Of a stretch of 64,000 nucleotides of DNA, positions 36,111 through 46,940 are shown one piece after another. Position numbers and translations under genes: made by a program. Below the pieces are notes generated by a model, which saw nothing but the letters and a program-made list of their open reading frames with translations, ran no database searches and was not told the DNA's origin. The DNA lies in assembly GCA_050575255.1 (NCBI GenBank), contig JBNZDD010013721.1, positions 9,823,372 through 9,887,371 on the forward strand, read 5' to 3'. The number at the start of each line of letters is the position of its first letter. Position 1 is the stretch's first letter. This stretch comes from Harriotta raleighana (lineage: Eukaryota).

Positions 36111-39100
36111 CGTTTCATTTGGTTTCAGTACTAAGTGGAACCATCTTTTCTTTGAAACTAATGGTACGTCGTATTCTTTACTGGCTGTGGGATGTTGCTC
36201 TGTAAACAGTCGCACACACAAACAATATTCTTGATTGCTTCGATAGAAGAGCCTTGTCACCATTGCATCCTAATAGCTTCGGTTTTGTCACATCGTTGGA
36301 GGTTTTTGCACGAAAAGAAACCCAGAGTTGGATTGTTGTTATTACAAACAATTTTGTGTGCAGTAATTGCCCATTCAATCAAACAAAAGGCTTTCATTGA
36401 GAAAGCAATTTACTGTCTGCGGGTGAGCCCGTGTCACCACAGCCTAGCGTACCCGAAAGTCGTGTGGAGTTTCATTTGCTGTATTTGCAAACTACCTTCT
36501 TTGAAATTACTGCTGCCTCTGTCCTTCCTTAACTCCAATCAAAATTCATTTAAAAACATATCTCATTAACTGCTCCACCATCTTACTCCCACCCCCAGGT
36601 CCTTGCCCTGTCTTCGTAAAGCCCTTTGAGACATTCACCTTGCCCGAGAGTTGCTGCGTAAGTGCAACTTGCTGCTGCTAATTACGTGCAACTCGTAGCT
36701 TGTACAATTCACGACTGGTGACATGCAAGCAGACAAAAGTGCTCGGAATAAAAGGAGCGCGCGCCATCTCCCAATGGGAATTTATCGCCAGCTTTGTTTG
36801 CTGGTCGTTTTTTTCTCTCTGCACTTTGGAGTGAACAATTAGCGGAGGTGCCCGCTCTGGTCGCAGTCCATGTCTCACACCTGCTGCAAAAGCCCACTTG
36901 CAGAGTGAAGCACGAGCTCAGCTGTAACAGCCCCCTGTGGTCAAGCAGCCTGCTGGTACTGAATTATCCAGGTTCACATGTATGAAGAACGCTTACTCAG
37001 CCAAGGAGCGAAGGTGATCGACGCCTATGGAACCCTAACCCAGCATCAATCAGGGCCTTTATTGAGAGGGGAATTCTGTCGCTGCAAAATTGTTAATTAT
37101 GCCTCAAAGAGCTTCACGGTAAATACCGCAACGTGGATTTGACTGTATTTTGTGGGAGTCAAGTAGTGATGGTTACAACTATTTTTCCGCAACTCTCTTA
37201 ATTTATGAAGGCGATTTAGGGGATGTCAAAATATAGAACATGATTCCATATGCGCTAATTTATTCCCTCATTACCAGAGATGAGGCCAGATAATAATTGA
37301 TTGCACGAACGGTGTCACCCGTGAACATTGCTCCCTGGGTCACTGTAGCAAGAATTGCAGGTTGCAATCTTGACCTCAGGGGTTACAGGGCTCAGTTTTG
37401 TCTGACAGACACTCTTGGTGGGGGGAGAGGGAAGCAAAATAATATGTGTTCTATATACAGAACAGAAGCCTTCAGGGGAAATAGGACATGCTACTCCCCA
37501 GTGTTGGGCACCAAAAAAAGGATGCTTTAGGGCACAAATAGGTGCATGTCTTTAAATTTATACAAAAGCAAAAAATGCTGAAAATCCATAGCAAACCTCT
37601 GAAAGCGTACAGATATGGTAAATTATTATTTTATCCGAATGCTTTGGGCCTTCATACCTGAAACCTTAACCCATCTTATAGATGTTAATTCACCTGATNA
37701 TTATTATTTTATCCGAAAGCTTTGGGCCTTCATACCTGAAACCTTAACCCATCTTATAGATGTTAATTCACCTGATGCGAACTTCTGGCAGTAGAGTGTG
37801 TGTTTTTTTTCCGCCTTCCTTTAAATTATTTCTGCGCTGCCACAGGGAGGAGGGAAGGAGATATGATTTTTGAGATGTAATCATATCTCTCTAAGGAAAA
37901 CCCAACTATAATTTCCTGTCACAAATGCCATTGACATGGTTTTAAAGTTTAATATAAAAGGAATACTCCAGGGATGGCTCACAAGTCAAATCTCTACCGT
38001 GCACTGTATCAGTCTGTTTCTCACCGAATGTGCTTATATTAAGTCTATCTGTGCTATCTTGTGCTGTGATTCAGAGCACTAGGGCACTGCACACACAATT
38101 CTGATAGCAGGTATTCAAATGTAATGGAACCAGAAATATCACCTGAGTTTAGATTTTAAGACGCCACCATTGTTTTAAGATTTCAGATTCTACAGAATTT
38201 TTCTTCAATTCGTATCTTATCAAAAACCTTCAAAAATGTGTGGGATTCCTTGTGGCGAACTGGTGAACACCTGAGCCCTGCATAATAATACAGTAATAGT
38301 GACAGTAATAATAATAATAAAAATCTTCGACATCTCGAAGTCCTTCACAGCATAGTCTGCAAACAACAATAACAAATTACACTTGTGTGGGCCCCTTCGC
38401 GTACGAAAGACATCCCAAAATGACTGTATATTTTCTGGGTAAAATGTACAACTGCTAGAAACTATTACTTTCAGCTCTACTTTTAAAGCTGCTTTGCTGC
38501 AGTTCTTTGGTGTCCAAAAATGTTGTGGAGTCAGGATCCAAAATGTGCCTATCTGAGATTTAATTTATACAGTACTGTCCTCACAATACAGACTACGTTT
38601 GCTTCAAATCTCTTCAAAATGTTTCCACTGAGCAGCAGAGTTTAATGTTAATAATTTATGGAGCTCAGCAGGTGGACAGTACAGGGAGTCCACACCCTGG
38701 GGGCTTGGCATTCAGGCATAAAATATGAATAGAGACAAAGTATTCAGTACTTTTCCTGAAGATCCAAAAAGGAATTGATTTTGTGTGGCTTACAGACTTC
38801 CTAAGACTATAGAGTTCTGTTTATAATAAATCCAATGGATTTATTTATTCTGTTGGGAGAGAATAAATGGATGGTTTGTACCTGGTATCTCATGAATCAA
38901 AGTTGATTTGGAAAGGCTGATTTCTTTCCATTGTGTGAACTAAAACGCTTTCCAAGTTCGTACACCATGAATACGAATGATAAATGATGGATCGATGCCA
39001 TCGTAAAGTGGGTTGGAATCATAACATCTGTAATACTTAATAGCCTTATGCATGGATCGTGGTGGAATTCTATAAGCTATCTGGACACATGTTTAATTCA

Positions 39101-41421
39101 TCAAGATGATTTTACCTCCCAAACGACTGCTAAAGCATTCAGAGTAGTTGGATTTGTTTTTTTCAACAATGTGCTGGCCTGGGAAAGAACATTGGAGAGA
39201 ACTTGAAGTCAATACAAATTGGTTGTTCCGAATTAGTACACAAATCAAGGAGATATTGATTAGTAACCTATTCCGACCTGATGTGTGCTATGAGCTTGTA
39301 TGCTCTGTGTATAATTCATTTTGTGCATAAGGCAAGTCGCAAGAGTGAATGGGGGAGGGTGGAAGGAACTGTGTGGTACTGTAGGTTGCTGTGTCCTATC
39401 GCTTCCAGAACCTGGCAGTGAATCCACCAGCTGAACAAGGCAGCATTTCCTTTTGGGTGCGAAATATGCCTTTACAGTCTCATGGCCTTAAGCACACAGC
39501 GAACAGACTGCTCCTACTTTGGGTGCTCGCTTGAACCACAGGAATAGCTGGCAAGTGCAATGGTCATGATAAAATGTTAGAAAGGTCTACTTAGCTATGC
39601 TGTTTTGAGTTTTGGAGGGATCGAAGCACTTTGAGGGAGCAGAGTAGCATGTTAGTTGTAGCTGCTCAAAGCTTTCCTCTCCCTCTTTGCCAAGTATTTG
39701 TTCTTTCTTACATGTAAAAAGCCACTCCAAGGTCTCACGACTGCAGTCGAAAGAGACGAAAATTCATTGCTACAATATGATTGCTGAGCAAGAGCATCTC
39801 TCTCTCTCTCTCTTTCTGTCGATGTAAAAATTGAAGTTTTTGTGGCTGAAAACCCAGCTCATCTGCTTTATTCAGCACCACAGGGATAGACACAGGAACC
39901 CATAGAAGACTCCCTGTAGATCAAGGTCTTCCAAACAATAACTTGTGTTGAGGAAAAAACTCAGGTAGAAGTGACCTTGGATCTGACAAATGCACCCGAC
40001 TTCTCCTTCAACCCACATGTTGTTTGGAGAGATTTGCTGTGCTTTTCACTGCAATACAGCCCAAAGTATTGAAACAGCACTGTCGCTGTGACACAATCCT
40101 TTGGTCTGCACTCTGTTGAGAGTGAATTTGTGAAGCTGCCTAGTTCTACTGAGTACAAGCAGAATATCTGAAAGCGCTGGTGTTAAACCAAGCTTGAGGG
40201 CTGAAATTGCATCTTAGTTTTAGACTGTACGACTCCCACCTTAAAATTTAAGATTGCACAGAATTATAGAAGATTCTTAACTTCCGTCCTAATTTGGAAA
40301 CAAACTTTCACACAAACACTAAATGAGGAACGTTCCCCAATTTTGCCCTGTGTGTTTGAAACAAAATCATCCTGATGAACTAAGACTAGGATTTTCAGGT
40401 CATTGGAAATGTGGGAGTTGAATTATTATTCTTTACATTAGAGATGTGAATAGACAGTTAGATAGTTTAGGAACTGATTTGGCCTTGCTTATGTGTAGTG
40501 CAGTGTAACTAGGGTATGTTAGTTCCAAGTCAATGTGTGAATAAACCCATAAACTGTCAGTTGGGAGGTTTGGAGTGTGTCCTGCTGTGTTGTCAACCAT
40601 AAGCGAGTTGAAAGTAAACACCAATTCCGAATGGGCAACGTACCAAAATGAGTGAATCCATGCAAGCAAGAATGTGTTTAAGATAGTCTGTGTTGTTAAA
40701 CCCTGTTTGCCCTGGTTCTTGGGAAGATGAACAGAATTTAGAAGCGTGTGAGGTGTGTATCAGGACCCACAAAATGGTTTTAAGATCTGTCTGTTATGCT
40801 TACAGGATGCGCTGCTCTGCGTGGCGCTTCCCAAATGTATTGCCATTCTCTCTGCGTTAGCGGAAATACAGATCAGTCTGCTCTCTGAGCACACAGAATA
40901 TTTGCTACACATATACTGATGATTTGAAAGAGAGGATCAACCTTCTGCTATGGGCTGCCTTGCCAAGAAAGACCCCCAAGGCAGTGAGGGTACAATGGTA
41001 GTTTGGCAATATGGCTCTTGGATGAATTTTTGTATGTGTGTGTGTATATATATGTGTGTACATATATAAAAACAAATGACATGCATTCAGAGGAATTTTT
41101 ATTCTAAAATCAGAACGAAACCCCTGAGGTTTCAAATGGGATGCTTCCCTAAACTGCTAAGAAGTGTTCAAAGAGTCAGTGCAGAACAGAACACATCTGA
41201 AAATATGGTGATATGGTTGAATGCCAGTTTTGTGATTCTTTCTGCTTTGAAGGAGTGGAGGGTGTTCGGGGGATGGGAGGGATGTCTGGTCTTCGCCAGA
41301 TATGAGTGAGGAAGATGAAACTCGGGGAAATCTGCAAGTAGTTTCAAATATCTAACATTTGTCTCTTGTATTTAAATGAAATGATTTGCTCGCTCGAGGA
41401 ATTTTACTCTAGCATCTCTAT

Positions 41422-41673
41422 TCTGCAGCTTATGTACTCTCCCGCACCAGGCTTCGTGACCACATCACTCCCACCCTCGCCCGTCTCCACTGGCTCCCCA
41501 TCCCCCAGAGGATCGAATTCAAGATCCTCGTCCTCACCTTCAAGGCCACTCACAGCCTTGCCCCCGTCTATCTGACTGACCTGCTGTCTCCCTATCAGCC
41601 TGCCCGTACCCTCCGTTCAGCAGACTCAGGCCGACGTGAAAGGCACTATACAAGTGTAATTTTGTTGTTGTTG
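41422..41673 (+). mobile_element. L2-clade LINE ORF2 C-terminal relic joined to a 3' tail
   Basis: SAAYVLSRTRLRDHITPTLARLHWLPIPQRIEFKILVLTFKATHSLAPVYLTDLLSPYQPARTLRS, then gacgtgaaaggcactata...(ttg)n. Confidence 0.9.
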
Positions 41674-41754
41674 TGATGAGATAAACTGTAGAGGAATGAG
41701 CAGGAGGAGGTTGACATGTTGTCTTTCAGTAGTCTCTATAGGGCACTAGAGATA

Positions 41755-41940
41755 GTATAATAATAATAATCCTCGCATTTGATATAGTGCTTTATCACAT
41801 CATCGAGACGTCTCAAACTGCTTCACAGAATAGATTGCAAAGTGGCTTGGCTGTATATATTGTGGGCAAATCGCAACAGACAATTGTCCACAGTAATGTC
41901 CCATAAACATTGTTTATTGAGTGTCCAAATTATTATTTTG
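41755..41940 (-). mobile_element. Major-family SINE 3' portion, diverged
   Basis: (aat)n cctcgcatttgatatagtgc...gagacgtctcaaa. Confidence 0.8.
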
Positions 41941-43535
41941 GGATACTTAGTCACTTATGTCATTATGCGGTCAGTATCCTGACTACATCTGTTTATATAT
42001 TTACACATATGTCTGAATAACTGAGTTCTTTAACTCTTGGAGTGACGAGTTATCTGCACTTGATACTGTGGTTCAAAGCTCGACTTAATAATCAAATGCC
42101 TGATTTTTTGGGGGGGCTCCACTCCCACATAATAGAGGAAAAACCACATTGGAATAAAACTTTGTGGTATGTACATATCGCATGTACATACAGACTAAAT
42201 TAACCTGCACAAAGGGGAAGGTCATTTAGCTCATCAAGCTTCCTCCTTGAGATACAGGTAACAAAGGACCTTCACTCTCTGCCAATTCTATTAATCGTCC
42301 ATTTTCATGTTCAAAAACTCCTTCCGGTGGTAATGTTCATACATTAGAACTCGATTAAACACAGAGTGCTTAAAGCTGGTTTGGCTGTACCTCAAAGCAG
42401 ATAGGAAGTTCCCACATTGAGATCCTGAAATCCTTTGTAATGTTCTTTTGGAGTTGGCTGACGAGATGGGTTCGAGCAAGTCAGCTCATTGGGGGGATGA
42501 TTTTATACAACTCTACGGACACAAACGGAGTGACTGTTGTTGAATCTGCAGCACAAAACCATCAGCTTGAGTAGAAGGGAGTCTCGTGTTTATGCCATGA
42601 GATTGCATTGAGAATTGATGACATTAATCCAGGGCAGGGTATACAGAACATGTAGGTGTCAAAGACCGTAGCTCGCAGTCCAGATGTGGACAGCAATGGC
42701 AGGCTTGGAGCAAACTGTGAGGCCAAACTACAGCCTCTTTACAGTGCTAACCCGAACAAACATACCTACCTACCGTTTGATGTGTTGGTCTGAGAATGTA
42801 GAGATTTATCACATTTGCCTGACAGAGAGAGGCAAGCAAGAGAGAGCAGGAACAAAATCACTCACACAACCCACAGCAGTCATCTCAGTCACACATCCAG
42901 CAAGAATATTCTGCATAAATTCACTGCTCTTCATATGTGGAGTGGCCTGCGGGATTCCATAGTAAGCAACTGAGTAGCTTACTAAAACAAAACGTTTTGG
43001 GCTCCCTTGGGTATAAGTAATCCATGCCGTTAGATTTGTGGGAACTTCCTAATCTTTGCTGGATGCAGTCTCCAGAGCAAAACACTCCCACAGCTGAAAT
43101 ACCGTGTCTGCCTTTGTGCGAGTGGATGTGTGTTTTTGTATGAAAAAAAACAGATTTAACTATTTTTAAGGAAAACAAAACAGGTTCTGCCTTGGTGCGG
43201 GGAAATGAACAGGGAAACGTAAGAAGGAGGCAATTCATCATTGATTCTGCTGCCCAGATATACTGTTGTCTGTTAATGCTGATCCCAGCAAAAAGCAACC
43301 CCTCACTAGCTTCTGCTTTACATCAGTGCCGTTTCCGATTGCAAACAACAGCCCAAATATGCTGTGCTTTGAGGTATAATTCTGACCTTGGAAACATTGT
43401 GGTTATTGTGGCATTGATTTGATGGGTTATTAATGGGTTAATGGTCAATGTAAGACACTTTCATATCGGGGTTATAACACGGCCCAGATAAAGTAATATA
43501 TATAATAATAAAATAATATAATATATAATAAGAAA

Positions 43536-43640
43536 ATAATAATAATCCTTGCATTTGATATAGCGCTTTTCACACCTTATCGACATTCCAAAGCGCTTCA
43601 CAGAATATACTGTAAAGTGAATTGACTGTATATTTGTGGG
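43536..43640 (-). mobile_element. Major-family SINE tail, inverted relative to the 43694 copy
   Basis: aataatccttgcatttgatatagcgcttttcac...aattgactgtatatttgtggg. Confidence 0.87.
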
Positions 43641-43693
43641 AGGAAGTGTGAAGAATTGTCCCAGTAGTTCTATCACACACACACACATACCAT

Positions 43694-44012
43694 GAGGAGT
43701 CCTTATAGCTCAGTGGTTAGAGCACTTGCCTCACAGGCGAGAGACTTGGGTTCGATTCCAGACAGGTCAGCCCAAAATGTTGGGCGAGTTTCCTTACTCC
43801 ACGTGCCTGATATTAATCCCTCAAAAAAACAATAATAAATTCGTCATTTCAATCCACGATTGTTTGTGAGACGCTGCTGTGCGTAATTGGTTGCCGCGTT
43901 TCACCCACAAATATACAGTCAATTCACTTTACCCCATATTCTGTGAAACGCTTTGAGACATCTAGAAGACGTGAAAAGCATGTCAAATGCAAGGATTATT
44001 ATTATATTATAT
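43694..44012 (+). mobile_element. Full-length tRNA-derived SINE (major family; Deu-like core, L2-type tail)
   Basis: A box TAGCTCAGTGG and B box GGTTCGATTCC; core tgtttgtgagacgctgctgtgcgtaattgg; tail gacatctagaagacgtgaaaag...aaatgcaagg(att)n. There are many homologous copies in the window. Confidence 0.9.
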
Positions 44013-44297
44013 TCAATATTATATTCAATATTATATTGAAAAGGTTTTAAAGGATTATTCCAGTCAGCCTGCTTGTTTTTTTTAATGGAAATTTCCTTTA
44101 ATAGCTAAACCTTTCAAATTAATTCTTGCTAAATTGTTTTTCAGGTTCCCCAGACCCAGGTTTGAGTGATTACTGCTGTTTGCTTTACTCTTTCAAGCAA
44201 CTGAGTTACAAATGACCACCTAATGCCATGCTAGCACCTTAAAAAGTTTTTCCAATCTCCAGTTAATCCAATTTGACATGCCCTGGAGTAAGGATTC

Positions 44298-44311
44298 CCA
44301 CCAGGTGGTGC
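44298..44311 (+). promoter_or_regulatory. Candidate CTCF site
   Basis: CCACCAGGTGGTGC compared with the CTCF core CCACCAGG(G/T)GGCGC; motif match only. Confidence 0.45.
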
Positions 44312-44490
44312 AAATGGGAGTTTGAGGAAGCTATTAGCACAGCCTGGTAGCGAGCTTAATGTTTTGTGTATAACTGGTGGAAACAAAGTGAATCTGTATA
44401 CAGGAACAGATCGATGTGCAGCATGAATTTACAATTATACTTTTCGCTCCCATTGGCATCATCAGGGGTTGTTCAAAAACACAGTCATAT

Positions 44491-44722
44491 AATAAGAAGA
44501 AGAATCCTTGCATTTGATGTAGCGCTTTCCGCGTCTTCCAGACGTCTCAAAGCGCTTCAAAAGAATACACTGTAAAGTGAATTGACTGTATGTTTGTGGG
44601 CGAAACGCAGGAGCCAATTGCGCACCGCAGCGTCCCACAAACAGTCGTAAATTGAGTGACCAAATTGTTATTTTTTTTCTTCTTTAGGGATTGTTATCAG
44701 GCATGTGAAGCAAGGAAACTTG
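44491..44722 (-). mobile_element. 5'-truncated major-family SINE
   Basis: aatccttgcatttgatgtagcgctttccgcgtcttccagacgtctcaaagcgct...aaggaaacttgcc. Confidence 0.87.
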
Positions 44723-45777
44723 CCTGATTCCACAGGATTATAGATGCCGAGTTTTTTTTTATTAATGTGCGAGAGGCTTGAAATGGGAGCGAGTAAGTTC
44801 TTGAATCACTCAATTGGACAAACCTAAACTTTTCAGGGACCTTTGGGGATCGAACCGCATGCTTCCCTGTGATCTCTTTATTATCGCTCAAGGCTGAGTC
44901 TTAATTTCTGCCACACATTGTGCAGTGATGTGTCGGTATGAACAAAGCATAAGGTTGATCATTTGGGCAAGTTACACCAAGGAATATTTAATTGTGAGGG
45001 TAGAAACCACTGAGTAACATTCCTGAACGACTAAATACTCTTGATGCATTTAAAAACAAGTTTTATGGGTGCTTTGGGCAATGTCAGCCGAAAGAGCAGT
45101 CGGGAAGGATGACAGAGTTCAGAGCAATGGAGCTTTTGTCTTGGTGGAGTGAGATAGCAAAAGCTTGTTTGAAGTTACAGCTGTACATTGCTGTGCAGCA
45201 TGAAATCTTATGTTGATGGTAACATTTTGATATCATTGAGTTTGAACCATTGAACATTGTAATTCAAGGATTAAAAAAATCCCTCCCAAGACACTGCGTC
45301 AGGATAAATGCTGCCACTGCTTGCAAATAGTCTTTTGATTTTTGTTTTATAAAAAGTCGGCTGAACTTGAAATATTGGTTTAATTAAAAAGGTATTTGAT
45401 GGTTTTGTCACGTAAACAAATAAGCAACATCCGTCCAGGCAGACAGCTATCAGGCGCGCAAACTGCGAAACATTTCTCTTATTTCCTCGGGGAGTGGAGG
45501 AAAGGATTTACCTTGTCGCTAATGTGTTTTTTTCCCCTCCCCCCAAGAAGCATACGGTTTAAAAGGGATTTTCAATTTTTGCCCTTCCAACATCAAGTGT
45601 GAGTGTTCTGACATTTTCATTGTGCAGGCGATGTAATTGTGTGGCTTGTTTATAAGCAGAGTTCCTGAGTGCTCCTTAATAATAATAATTATAATAATAA
45701 TCCTTGCATTTGATGTGGTGCTTTTTACAACTTCTAGACGTCTCAAAGCACTTCACAGAATAATAATAAAATAAATA

Positions 45778-46094
45778 AATAATCCTTACATTTATATAGC
45801 GCTTTCTAGATCTTATTGATCTCAAAGCGCTTAAAATGTATTTAGAATATATTTAGAATATATTTGAAAGTGAATTGACTGTATATAATGTTGGACGAAA
45901 TGCAACAGCCAATCGTGCACTAGCAGCTGCCCACAAACAGTCGTGGATTGAAATGACCAATTCATTATTTTGAGGGATTGTTCTCAGGGTTGCGGAGTAC
46001 GGAAACTTGCTCAAGGTTTCGCCCCGCCGGGAATCGAACCCAGGTCTCTTGCTTGTAAGGCGAGTCCTCTGGCCACTGAGCTACAGGATTCCAC
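45778..46094 (-). mobile_element. Full-length major-family SINE
   Basis: Reverse complement of head (gaatcgaacccagg...ccactgagctacagg) and tail (aatccttacatttatatagcgct). A second tail fragment lies at about 45680-45760. Confidence 0.88.
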
Positions 46095-46535
46095 ACTAAT
46101 GCCATTAGATGGGCAATAATGAACTTTTAAAACATACAGGCACCACACTGGGTCTTCAGAGCAACCTATTGTGTGGAGAACGAGAGAGACATTACAGCTC
46201 TGAATGAAATCTTCATTGAAGCACAAAACCAACAGCAAATAGATAATAGATCGTCTGGTGGCAGTTTTATAAACACAGCTTCTTTTAAATAAGCCCCTTT
46301 GAAAGGAAAGGAAGTTCAGCAGATTTAAATAAGGTAGAACCTGAAATACTTATGAGATGCTGGGCGACTAAACGCTGGAGTATAACAACAACAAATTACC
46401 TTTGTATGAGCACCTTTCACATGGGAAGGACTTTCCAAGGCGCTGGGTATTGTAATAAGGTTTGGAATGGGGTGAAATATTTACTCTCCTTACAGCTGAG
46501 GTTTCCAAAATTTTAGATACGGGTCTAAGTAGATT

Positions 46536-46940
46536 GTGGAGCTCCTGTAGCTCAGTGGTTAGAGCACTCGCCTTACAAGCGTGCGACCTATGTTCGAATC
46601 CAGGCAGATCAGGGCGAAACCTAGGGCAAGTTTCCTTACTCCACACACACACGCCTAATAATAATAATAATCCCTCCCCAAAAAAAAACACACTAATAAA
46701 ATTGATCATTTCAATCCGCGACCGATTGTGGGGACACCTCTGTGCNCTAATCCCTCCCCAAAAAAAACACAATCATAAAATTGATCATTTCAATCCGCGA
46801 CCGATTGTGGGGACACCTCTGTGCGCAACGGGCTGCCGCGTTTCGCCCACAAATGCCCAGCCGATTCGCTTTGCAGCATATTCCGCGAAACGCTTCGGGA
46901 TGTGGAAAGCGCCGCATCAAATGCAAGGATTGTCGGTACT
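46536..46940 (+). mobile_element. Full-length major-family SINE; 3' half GC-shifted; contains the N junction at 46746
   Basis: Head gtggagctcctgtagctcagtggttagagcactcgccttacaagc...gttcgaatcc and tail atcaaatgcaaggatt. Confidence 0.9.

Noticed and set aside
46536-46610. tRNA gene (TAC/TGC anticodon-like loop, A and B boxes); also at 14856, 43694 and 57535
   Set aside because: There is no proper acceptor stem, and each copy continues into the SINE body, so these are SINE heads.
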